A stretch of DNA of 33,753 nucleotides from Chiloscyllium plagiosum (Eukaryota), in contig NC_057720.1 in assembly GCF_004010195.1 (NCBI RefSeq), positions 8,322,685 to 8,356,437 of the forward strand. The letters are read 5' to 3'. The position numbers and the translations under genes were made by a program. Below the pieces are notes generated by a model that ran no database searches, was not told the DNA's origin, and saw nothing but the letters and a program-made list of their open reading frames with translations. This document shows positions 22,512 to 32,520 of the stretch, piece by piece (the first letter of the stretch is position 1; each line of letters opens with the position of its first letter).

Positions 22512-22647
22512 CTATTCCTGATGAATGGCTTTTGCCCGAAACGTCGATTTTCCTACTCCTAGGATGTTGCCTGATCTGCTGTGCTTTTCCAGCACCACTC
22601 TAATCCAGACTCGGATTTCCAGCATCTGCAGTCCTCATTTTTACCCA
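22512..22647 (+). mobile_element. Solo Penelope family A terminal repeat (136 bp) with 10-bp TSD
   Basis: attcctgcac at 22502-22511 and 22648-22657. Confidence 0.85.
22514..22549 (+). ncRNA. Minimal hammerhead ribozyme motif
   Basis: attc-CTGATGA(22518-22524)-A-TGGC-TTTT-GCCC-GAAA-CGT-C-gatt; GUC cleavage triplet; the closing pair of stem II is mismatched. Confidence 0.75.
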
Positions 22648-23134
22648 ATTCCTGCACTAGCTGAGGTCACCATGAAGGTCCCACCTTCCCAGCATTACCT
22701 CGCACCTGAAGTATGGTAACCCCCAAACTAAACTCACTTCCAATGAGAGAGCCACCCGATGGGATTATGGCTAATTTATATTAGGGTGACATTGTGGAGG
22801 CCCTACCACCAATGCTGTGGTTTCAATCTCTCGCTTTGGTGGGTTCCATGATAAAATGTATACTCCAAGTCTGACAAGTAATTGACAAATTTTAAATTTA
22901 CAGAACCAACGAATGCATGCTCTGGCATTTAGTCAGTTTATAGCATTTCAACTTTGGAAAGCAATGGTTTGAATGAGAGGAGAGAGAGTGAAAGAGGCAG
23001 TGAGTAAAGGAGATAGAGTGAAATCAAATCACTTGTAATGTTCGTTCAAAACTGAAAAACCTAGTTTTAGGTGATTGTATAGATTTGCAAATTCTGGAAG
23101 ATGTGTAAACCAATTCCAGTGAATGGGAAGGAAG

Positions 23135-23375
23135 GAAACTTGCTTTTATTTATCACCTTTCATGACCTTGTAACATCCCAAAGTGGTGGGCTTTTTGAAG
23201 TATAGTCTGCTCTGTCATAGGAAACATGGCAGCTAATTTCCACACAGCAAGATCCCAAAACATATTAATAATTAGATATCCATGATATTAGTCAAAGTAT
23301 GAATGTTGAACAGGATACTGGAGAGAACTCCCTGGCTCCTTTACAAAATGGAGTCATGTGATTACTATTTCTGAC
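23135..23375 (-). mobile_element. Deu-domain SINE (SacSINE1/AmnSINE-like) remnant
   Basis: 'aacttgcttttattta...catcccaaagtg...cacacagcaagatccca...caggatactggagagaactccc...aaaatggagtcatgtgat' resembles the reverse complement of the Deu domain and tail. Confidence 0.55.
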
Positions 23376-23804
23376 TACATAATCATAGTGACCATATTTC
23401 AAAATTAATTAATTGGCCGTCAAGTGTTTGGAGATGTCCTGCGGATGTGAGATGGGCTTTATAATGCAAGTCCTCCAGGGAATAAAGGGTTTTCTTAATA
23501 TTTTTCTAATCACCAATCGTCCTACTCAGCAGACAAAAGTCAGGGATTTTTCTTGAAGGTACAAATCAGTTGTGAATCAGTCTCAATCTGTGGGAGTCTG
23601 TCCATTGTGTTTTGTCTTTCACAGGGATTTTTTTTTAACCGAGTCCGCTCTTCAGGTGAAATGAAATATGCATTTTTATGAAACAAAGGATAAAATTAGC
23701 TCTCAGTCCCTTTCACTTTTGGTCGAGCTTTCAAGGACGAATTAAAAACAACAAACAGCAAATGTAAATGCAGAAATAATAAGTCCTGCCCATAAACAGT
23801 AATA

Positions 23805-24190
23805 AAAGTAAAATATTGCAGATGCCGGGAAATTGAAAAGAAAAGAGCAAATGCTGGAGAAACTCATCATGGCTTGCAATATCTGGAGAGAGAGAGAGAA
23901 AAACACAAAGTTAACATTTTGAGTCTGGTATGACTTTTCTTCAGAATTCACAATTAATTAACTGTTCTGAAGTAAAGTCATATCATGTTGAAAGCATTCA
24001 CTCTGTTGATTTCTGCTGCTGAGTCCTGAAGAGGGGTTACACCCGAAACATTGACTTCTCCACCTCCTGATGCTGCCTGGCTTGCTGTGTTCTTCCAGCC
24101 TCCTGCTTGTCTACCTTGGATTCTAGCATCCACAGTTTTTTTTTTATGCCTAGCTGACATTCTCTAGCAATTTATTCTTTTTGTTTCTGA
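23805..24190. mobile_element. Head-to-head family C Penelope terminal repeats (23805-23948 minus; 23965-24190 plus) with a nested family D repeat (24021-24148)
   Basis: Both arms begin at ttctgaag; the spacer contains aattaatt. Confidence 0.6.
24021..24057 (+). ncRNA. Minimal hammerhead ribozyme motif (family D)
   Basis: GAGTC-CTGAAGA-G-GGGT-TAC-ACCC-GAAA-CAT-T-GACTT: 5-bp stem I and 4-bp stem II. Confidence 0.8.
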
Positions 24191-24231
24191 CTGAAAACAG
24201 AACTGCTGAAAGACATTTGGAAAGCAACAAG

Positions 24232-24535
24232 AAGGACTTGCATTTATACAGCACCTCTAATGACCTCAGGGTGTCTCAAAGTGTTTTGTAACCGATGAAA
24301 CACCTTTACAAGTCACTCTTGTAAAGTAAGAACCATGTCCACAGAGCAATCTACCCCAGTCAACAAGGGGAAAACGTTCAGGTAGTCTGATGTTTAGGTT
24401 CAGGGATAAAAATTGAACAGAAAGAACTCCCTTGCTTTTTGGACTAGGCTTTTAAGATTACGTAGGAGTTGAACGGGCATCTATTTAATGTCTTTTTGGC
24501 CAGATTGTATTCCAATAAGTGCAGTTCCAACTACA
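24232..24535 (-). mobile_element. Deu-domain SINE remnant
   Basis: 'gacttgcatttatacagcacctctaatgacctcaggg...agggataaaaattg...agaactccccttgct'. Confidence 0.5.
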
Positions 24536-24567
24536 CTCAAGAAGTTCAACACGGTCTAAGACAAAGC

Positions 24568-24675
24568 ATGATTTGGAGATGTTGGTGTTGGACTGGGGTG
24601 TTAAAAGTAAAAAATCACACAACACCAGGTTATAGTCCAACAGGTTTAATTTGAAGCACACTCGCTTTCAAAGGC
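24568..24675 (-). mobile_element. Penelope family B terminal repeat
   Basis: Matches 11180-11291 in reverse complement. Confidence 0.8.
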
Positions 24676-24789
24676 AGTGAGGATCATCATCAACAGCAGA
24701 GAGGTTTGAACCCAATCCCATCTGAAGTAGACTCAGGAGCATTGTTGCATCACCCTACCTGGAGTTAAACAAAACATGGCACTCTTAAC

Positions 24790-24893
24790 GTTCTGAGGAA
24801 GGGTCACTTGAACTGAAACATTAACTCTGACTTCTCTCCGCAGAGGCTGCCAGACTTGTTGAGTTTGTCCAGCACTTTCAGTTTTTGTTTCTG
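24790..24893 (+). mobile_element. Solo Penelope family C terminal repeat with hammerhead motif
   Basis: GTT-CTGAGGA-A-GGGTC-ACTT-GAACT-GAAA-CAT-T-AAC; body matches 14260-14355. Confidence 0.75.
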
Positions 24894-24999
24894 TGGCATA
24901 CTTAGTCATTGTTTGGTGAATATTTTCCAAGTATCTGCATTTGGACAGAGAACTTAAGAGAAAGAACCAAACATGCATATTGCAGGCAGTTCATGAGGC

Positions 25000-25820
25000 C
25001 ATCAGATTTAGGAGCAGAATTAGGCCATTCAATCTGTCGAGTCTGCCTCACCAGTCGATCATGATAGATATGTTTCTCAAACCCCATTCTCCTGCCTTCT
25101 CCCTGAAACCCTCAATCCCGTTACTAATCAAGAACTTTTCTAGTTCAGGGAATGTACACTTGGTTATTCCAGGGATGAAGGGATTGTCTTGTAAAGGAAA
25201 TGTTGAACAGCCCAAGTTTATACTTGATGGAATTTAGAAAGGTGAAGAGTGATGTTATTGAAGCACATAAGATTTGGAGGGGTTTGATAGCATGGAGAGG
25301 ATGCTACCCCTGGGGCAGGTGACACCAGAGGGCACAGTGTCAGAATAAAAGGTTGCCCATTTAAGAAAGAGATAAGGAGAAGATCAGAAATAGGGGCAGC
25401 AGTAGGCCATTCAGTCCCTCATACTGGCTCTGCCATTCAAGAGGATCATGGCTGATCCGACACTCCTCATGTGCTTTCCCCATAACCCTCCATTCCCCCA
25501 CTGATGGAGAATCTGTCTCAGCCTTAAATTTATGTGAGGATTCCCCCCTCAGCTCTCTGTGGCAAAGGGTTCCAAAGATTCACAAGTCTTTGAGAGAAGG
25601 AAGTCTTATGTCAGAAGCTCATGAATCTTTGGAATTGTCCACCTCAGAGGGCAGTGGAGTTGGGGTCATTGAGTACAGTCAAGGCTGAGACAGATAGACT
25701 TTTGAACGATGGAACAGGCTAAAAAATGGAATTGAAGCACATATAAGATTAGTCAAAATTTGTTGAACAGCATGGCTGGCTTGAAGAGCCGTACGGCCTA
25801 AACTTGCTCTTAAAACTTTT
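25000..25820. mobile_element. Cluster of CR1 3' fragments on both strands
   Basis: Minus tails at about 25005-25140 and 25385-25605; plus fragments at about 25150-25380 and 25610-25815. Confidence 0.55.
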
Positions 25821-25821
25821 A

Positions 25822-25890
25822 TGGAAAAGGCACAGCAGCATCAGAGGAGCAAGAGAGTCGATGCTTCAGATCGGCACCTTTCATCAGTCC
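25822..25890 (-). mobile_element. Penelope family A-like terminal repeat fragment
   Basis: 'ggaaaaggcacagcagcatcagaggagcaagagagtcgatg...tcatcag'. Confidence 0.6.
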
Positions 25891-25907
25891 TGCTTTCCAA
25901 TCAACTT

Positions 25908-27607
25908 ATAGAACATTACAGCGCAGTACAGGCTCTTCGGCCCTCGATGTTGCGCCGCCCTGTCATACTAATCTGAAGCCCATCCCACCTACACTATTCC
26001 ATGTACGTCCATTTGCCTGTCCAATGACGAAATAAATACACTTAAACTTGGCGAATCTACTACCAATGCAGGTGAAGCATTCCATACCCTTACTACTCTA
26101 AGAAACTACCTCTGACATCTGTCTTATACTTATCACCCCTCACTTTAAAGTTGTGTCCCCTCATGTTTGCCTTCCCCATACTTGGAAAAAGGCTCTCTCT
26201 GTCCACCCTTTTTTAACCCTCTGATTATCTTGTATGTCTCTATTAAGTCACCTCTCAACCTTCTTCTCTCTAACGAGAACAGCCTCAAGGCCCTCAGCTT
26301 TTCCTCGTAAGACATTCCTTCCATACCAGGCAACATCCTACTAAATCTCCTCTGCACCCTTTCCAAACTTCCACATCCTTCTTATAATGCGGTGACCAGA
26401 ACTGTACACAATACTCCAAGTGTGGCTGTACCAGAGCTTTGTACAACTGCAGCATAACCTCCTGGTTCCGGAACTCAGTCCCTCTATTAATAAAGGCCAA
26501 AACACTGTATGCCTTCTTAACAACCTTGTCAATCTGGATGGCAAATTTCAAGGATCTGTGTACATGGACACCGAGATCCCTCTGCTCATCTGCACTCCCA
26601 AGAATCCTACCATTAGCCCAGTACTTTGCGTTCTGATTACTCCGGCCACAGTGTATCACCTCACACTTGTCCACGTTAAACTCTATTTGCCACCTCTCAG
26701 CCCAGCTCTGTATCCTATCTATGTCTCTCTGCAACCTATTACATCCTTCGTCACTATCCACGACTCCACCGACTTTTGTGTCGTCTGCAAATTTACTCAC
26801 CCACCCTTCTAAGCCCTCATTTATAAAAATGACGAACAGCAGTGGACCCAACACTGACCNNNNNNNNNNNNNNNNNNNNNNNNNNNNNNNNNNNNNNNNN
26901 NNNNNNNNNNNNNNNNNNNNNNNNNNNNNNNNNNNNNNNNNNNNNNNNNNNNNNNNNNNNNNNNNNNNNNNNNNNNNNNNNNNNNNNNNNNNNNNNNNNN
27001 NNNNNNNNNNCTCTCAGCCCAGCTCTGCATCCTATCTATGTCTCTCTTCAACCTATTACATCCTTCGTCACTATCCAGGACTCCACCGACTTTAGTGTCG
27101 TCTGCAAATTTACTCACCCACCCTTCTAAGCCCTCATTTATAAAAATGACGAACAGCAGTGGACCCAACACTGACCCTTGCGGTACGCCACTAGTAACTG
27201 GACACCAAGATGAACATATCCCATCAACTACAACCCTCTGTTTTCTTTCAGCAAGCCAATTACTGATCCGAGCTGCTATGTCTCCCACAATCCCATTCCT
27301 CCGCATTTTGTATACTAGCCTACTGTGGGGAACCTTATCAAACACCTTGCTGAAATCCATATACATCATATCAACTGGTTTACTCTCATCTACCTGTTTG
27401 GTCACTTTGTCAAAAAACTCAATAAGATTCGTTAGGCACAGACCTACACTTCACAAAAGCATGCTGACTGTCCCTGATCAGATTATTCCTTTCTAAATGG
27501 TTATAAATCCTATCTCTTATAACCTTTTCCAACACTTTACCAACAACTGAAGTGAGACTCACTGGTCTGTAATTACCAGGGTTGTCTCTACTACCCTTTT
27601 TGAACAA
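25908..27607 (-). mobile_element. 5'-truncated CR1/HER1-type LINE, ORF2 reverse transcriptase pseudogene spanning an assembly gap
   Basis: [76 protein letters not shown]; frameshifted. Confidence 0.95.
26860..27010. other. Assembly gap (151 N)
   Basis: Run of N. Confidence 1.
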
Positions 27608-27608
27608 A

Positions 27609-27712
27609 GACTTCCCCTGCTCCTCTGATGCTGCTTAACCTGCTGTGCTTTTCCAAGCTCCAAACTGTATCGAACTCTGACTTTCCAGCGTCTGCAGTCC
27701 TCACTATCACCT
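27609..27712 (+). mobile_element. Penelope family A terminal repeat fragment lacking the hammerhead
   Basis: 'cctgctcctctgatgctgc...ctgctgtgcttttcca...tccagcgtctgcagtcctcact'. Confidence 0.7.
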
Positions 27713-27919
27713 AGTTTGTTAATGGCCTTATTTGGAAATTTTGAAGCTAACAGGGTGATTACTTGCCACTTGAGATCCATTACCTGTTTTCCTGAGAATC
27801 AACATTCTCTGAAAATGTCCCTTCGTATTGACTGCAACTTTAGCACCAGATTAAATGGTTCTCCAAACAATTTGCATTACTTTCAACCACTCATAACAAC
27901 GATCCAAGTAATAAGGCAG

Positions 27920-28172
27920 ACTGACTTTGAGCGGGCTGGACACAGCCAGTATACTGTGCACACATGAATAAAGGGTGATGGGATACCGGCCTCTGTTCAG
28001 TTATTTCACCATCGAGTCGAGAGTGTGGTGCTGTAAAAGCACAGCAGGTCAGGCAGCATCGGACAAGCAGGAGAATCGATGTTTTGGGCATAAGCCCTTC
28101 ATCTCCTAGTTATTTCACGATATCAACCCCACATGCACATGCCCCTCTCCTCCCATCCAACTAACACTTGAT
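27920..28172 (+). mobile_element. LTR-like interspersed repeat remnant (second copy at about 32815-32952)
   Basis: 'cacagccagt...aataaagggtga...gataccggcctctgt...ttatttca' with a polyA-like signal and CA end. Confidence 0.5.
28010..28107 (-). mobile_element. Penelope family A terminal repeat with 11-bp TSD
   Basis: agttatttcac at 27999-28009 and 28108-28118. Confidence 0.85.
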
Positions 28173-28894
28173 CCCAAGTAATAGGGCAAGCCAGGTTAGT
28201 GCCAAGGTTACTTACTTTGACAGTTTGTTAATTGTCGAATGATAAAATTAACCATCCATTCCGAATGAGAGATGAACATGGCTTAAAACAAAGCAACTGA
28301 TCTAGTGCATCAAAATAATTATCGAAACCCTCACAGAACGCAGAGAGATTATTCATATCAATGATTACAAATATGTCTGCTTTTGACTTGAAGGAATTGA
28401 AAACTTTAGAAAGGGAAGATGGAGCTAAATTATACACGAGGTATTGACATACTGAGCTTGCAGTTCAATAACGCATGCAATGAACTTTTACCTGTGGTAA
28501 GACTGATATTGATCCAACTACATCTAAAGCCTTGCTGAGCTTTAGAAAGTCTTTTTGTATTTACTTTTACTATCAAATACACATCAGATTCTTGGGCATG
28601 TCCAGATGCACCACATTGTATTTAATGTAATGTGTATCTGATAGTGATGATGACAATCATCCAGGGATTCAGTTCCTCGAAGCAAGTTAGATGCAAATGT
28701 TTATTTTGTCTCTCTGTCTCTTTGCTGATATTTTTTTCATCCACTGAAATGGGTTTTGATTTTTCAAGGAGTAGATTAGACGCATATTGGGCTTATTACA
28801 GCTTCCAATGCAGTAACTTTGCAGACTGAATTCAGGAGGGCCATCAAGGGAGAACTACTTTTATACTGATGGGCAGCAAAAACAAAAAGTGTTA

Positions 28895-29881
28895 GCTATT
28901 GACAGAAACGCCAGTTCAAATTCAGCATGACTTTGACCTGAAGACTGCCGAAGAGCATTACTGCTTTGCCATGAACTGGTACAAATCCTGATTGACTGCA
29001 ATTTTGTTTTTTCTTGCCAGTTGCAGGCATGGGAATTTGAGTATTTAGCCACAACCACTTCAGTTGACTGACCTTGTGTCACAAGCCATTTTATTCAGGA
29101 AATCCTCACGTGTTTATCTGAACTATCAGAACTCAAGGCTATAATTAACTGGAAAATTCCGGAGTGAAGGAAATAACTAAAAGTTTTTTTTCCAAATGGA
29201 GTAACCAGGAAGCTCTTAAGATTTCCGCATCTTCAATGAGCAGCACTATATAAAGGGAGCATTTATAATGACTAAATGGTGAACAGGTTAATTAACTCAG
29301 AGCTGACAGCTTTCCAGAATAAATTATCGAAGTCCTTTAGTTCGCTTTTATGGTTAGTGTAATTCTGGCAAGGCTCCTTCTATTGTACATCTCTAGTATT
29401 CTGGTAAAATGCTTAACCTTCTCCTTGAATCATTGTGGAGATAACAGGGGAGACAAGTTCTCTTGAAGTAGCCTTGATAATTTGATCTGACCTTTCTAGT
29501 AAATGCAAAGAATTTTTTTTCTAACCTTCAGTAGCGTACTTGGGCCTAATGATGTGACACTAATGTTGGTTCTGTAACATAAGAACTAGACTGAGGCCAT
29601 TTATTAGAGAAAGAGTTATTAGATATTTGACATAGCTCTTACATATATTATAATCACAAAGCACTGTTCTGTCAGGTTAATACTGAGTAACTCAGTTGCA
29701 AACTGGTGAATGCTTCCCTTAACATGTCATGCTGCAAGTCGTCCCAGATAAGATGGAGACTGAAACCTTTATATCTGGTGGTTGGCTATTGACAGAAACG
29801 CCAGTTCAAATTCAGCATGACTTTGACCTGAAGACTGCCCAACAAGCATTACTGCTGTGCTATGAGCTGGTACAAATCCTG
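28895..29881. repeat. Dispersed direct repeat of about 96 bp (28895-28990 and 29785-29881)
   Basis: First 55 bp identical; the remainder has several substitutions and a 1-bp indel. Confidence 0.92.
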
Positions 29882-30246
29882 TAATCTTACTATGTAGAGG
29901 TTATATTGAATGTTAGCTGCAACACCTTACACAACACTAAATGAGATACTGACTGTGGATGGAAAAAGAATATCAATGACCAAGGATTGAGTCTCCTCAA
30001 AGACATGCTGATGGTGAACGGTCATGAGTTTCTTGGACATTATTGTCACATTAACCACACAGCTACAGAGGATGGTGATAGCCTACTAGTTTACAAACAC
30101 TGGTAGTGTTCTTGAACTGGGTTCAAAGTCCACCGTGACAAATTATGGAACTGGATTTTAATTTTTTTAAATCTTTGAATTAAAAGTTGAATGATGATTG
30201 TAAACTTTTACCTTAAAATTCCATTGGTGCCTTTCAGAGAAGGAAA

Positions 30247-30425
30247 ACAGTCTAAAGATGTGCAGGTTAGGTGAATTGGCCATGCTAAATTGCCCGTAGT
30301 GTTAGGTTAGGGGTATGGGTGGGTTGCGCTTCGGCGGGTCGGTGTGGACTTGTTGGGCCGAAGGGCCTGTTTCCACACTGTAATCTAATCTAATCTAATC
30401 TAATCTAATCTAATCTAATCTAATC
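30247..30425 (+). mobile_element. 5'-truncated young HE1-like SINE with (TAATC)9 tail, nested in a family X SINE (about 30065-30480)
   Basis: Host 'aaggaaa|tctgccatc' is split; perfect pentamer array 30381-30425. Confidence 0.88.
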
Positions 30426-30851
30426 TGCCATCTTGAACCTGGTCTGTTTCACATGTGACTACAGATCCACACTGCAACATGGAAGAAATGACTCAGCACA
30501 CTGCACAGTTGTACCAAAGGCTAAAAAGGAGGGAGAATGGGAAAAATTTCTGGCTGTTACAGCTGCTCCTTTATTGAGGTATTTTATGCGTTGGAGGTGA
30601 TTTCCTCGAATTCCAGGAGTAGCAATTACTGTTTTATATGCTGTTGCATTAATTTTGGAACTTTGGGGAAAGAAAAGTCAAAATACCAGCAGTTTTAAAA
30701 GGGAGAAGATCAGGCAAAGGAAGCACATGGTGAGGTCAGTGCAAGAGAAAGAAACTGATACAGCGGTGAACCTGCACAGTTACTGACTTTGCTGTTTGAA
30801 TTCGTGCATTGCTGGACATCAGAGTGCATCTGGGAAAATTAACAACCAGTG

Positions 30852-31056
30852 AAATTAATGAGCTGCCAGAGGAAGTGGTGGAGGCTGGTACAATTGCAAC
30901 ATTTAAAAGGCATTTGGATGGGTATATGAATAGGGAGGGTTTGGAGGGATATGGGCTGGGTGCTAACAGGTGGGACTAGATTAGGTTGGGATATCTGATT
31001 GGTATGGACGGGTTGAACTAAAGTGTCTGTCTCATGCTGTATGTCTCATGACTCTA
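30852..31056 (+). mobile_element. CR1 LINE 3' end
   Basis: 'aatgagctgccagaggaagtggtggaggctggtacaatt' (NELPEEVVEAGTI) through 'atgactcta'. Confidence 0.85.
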
Positions 31057-31695
31057 AATCAGACAGACACTCGGTAATGACTCAGGCACTAGAAAAAGCC
31101 CTGAAAAAGTCTCATTACCTGATTCCTGAACTGGCTGAATTATTTAGCCAGTTTATTAACTGGTATTCTTTTTAGTGAGGACTGATTTCTAAACTCCTGA
31201 TGCACACAATGTGTTTCAGGTGTAACTCAGTTCTCATTAGGAGTTGTTGTTTCACTGGCTGGTTGCAGCCTGTGTGTTACTCTTTTCTCTTTGAGAAAAG
31301 AACAATGTTGAATTTGTGGTAGGGCTTAGCCCTTGTACTCTAGCTTTCTTTGTTTTTTTTTGTATGTGTCTCCACTGTTTTTTGGTGTTTGGACTGAGCC
31401 CTTGTGGATGACATACATTTTACTGGAGGAGCTGTTCCAATGGGGAGGCCTAGCCTTGGGACTGGACCTCTGAAGATTGATCACCTGTGTGTGTGCTGGG
31501 AGGTGAGCACTTGCTGTATCCTGGAGTTTGGGAGAAGACCTTACCTTCAGGAGTGGACCAAACCCTTGTGTGTTAACTGCACCTTTACAATGTACTATGT
31601 TCCTGTGAGTGGGCCAGGTTCTCTAAGGATGGGCCAGGACTCCATGGTGATTGAATACCTGTGTGCTGTGGGGTGTACGTTTGCTGCCTTTAGGA

Positions 31696-31854
31696 GTGGA
31701 CTCTGCCCTCAGTTGTGGACTCTGTTTTTAGCAATGGACTCTGCAGCTTGGAGTGGACTCCATTTCTGATAATGCACTTTGCATACTGGAGTGGACTCTC
31801 TTCCTGGGAATGGACTCTACATTTTGAAGAGAACTGTCTATGCTAATGGACTCT
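31696..31854. repeat. Degenerate 19-bp-period minisatellite with RTGGACTCT core
   Basis: Cores at 31696, 31715, 31734, 31753, (31772), 31791, 31810, (31829) and 31846. Confidence 0.85.
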
Positions 31855-31994
31855 GTGTATCAGAAAGGAGTCTGTTTGTTGGTAATTAACTCTGTCATGT
31901 GGTTTGTTGGGGTTATCACCTGCCCAGTCTTGTGTCCCTGGGTCTGGCAGGCCTTACTGTGAGCTGGGAGGCTCATAGTTGTCTTGAAAGCTGC

Positions 31995-32520
31995 CACCCT
32001 GAGATTCGGAGGGTGGGTAGGCCATCCTGTGAACCTGAAGGTTGGTAGGTTGCCCTGAAAGCTGGAGGGTGGGTAAGCCTCCCTGATGCCAGTCTCCCCA
32101 AGAGCCAGAAGGTTGGTAGGCCGTCCTGAGCGCTTTCGTCCCGAGAAGGGGTGATCGGGACGGGCTGTCCTAGAGGTGGTCGGAAGCTGTGTCAGAGCAG
32201 CTGAGAGCCAGAAGGCGCGGAGGGGCAGGCTGAGATCCGGAAGGCTTGTCCTGCATGTTGTCATCCCGGGGGAGGGGGGACGAGCTGTCCTAAAGGTGGT
32301 CGGAAGGTGTGTCAGGGTTGTTCATGGGCCAGATGGTGCATAGGGGCAGACCGAGAGCTGGAAGGTGGGTAGGCTGTCCTGACTGCTGTCACCCAGGGCG
32401 GGGACCATGGTCGAAAGGTGTGTCAGGGTGGACTGAGAACTGGAAGGGGCATGGGGTGGACCGAGAGCCGGAAGGTGTGTAGGGGCGGGCTGCCTTCGAG
32501 TGGCCGGAAGGTGGGAGGGA
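31995..32520. repeat. G-rich composite degenerate minisatellite (about 28-bp and 120-bp periodicities)
   Basis: Recurring 'gaRggtKggtaggc...cctga'; 'gggacgRgctgtcctaRaggtggtcggaag' at about 32157 and 32277. Confidence 0.65.

Larger units (their letters stand above)
22448..22775 (+). mobile_element. Family Y SINE split by a Penelope terminal repeat
   Basis: 'attcctgcac' resumes as 'tagctgaggtcaccatgaagg'. Confidence 0.6.

Noticed and set aside
26821..27405. 194-aa ORF as an intact RT gene
   Set aside because: It runs through Ns, and the element is 5'-truncated, frameshifted and lacks the conserved DLD residues
28895..29881. Small LTR element (TRIM) bounded by the 96-bp repeats
   Set aside because: No TG...CA termini, TSD, primer-binding site or polypurine tract
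31696..31854. Repeat-spacer pattern reminiscent of a CRISPR array
   Set aside because: A 9-bp core with 10-bp linkers is far too short, the context is a vertebrate genome, and there are no cas genes
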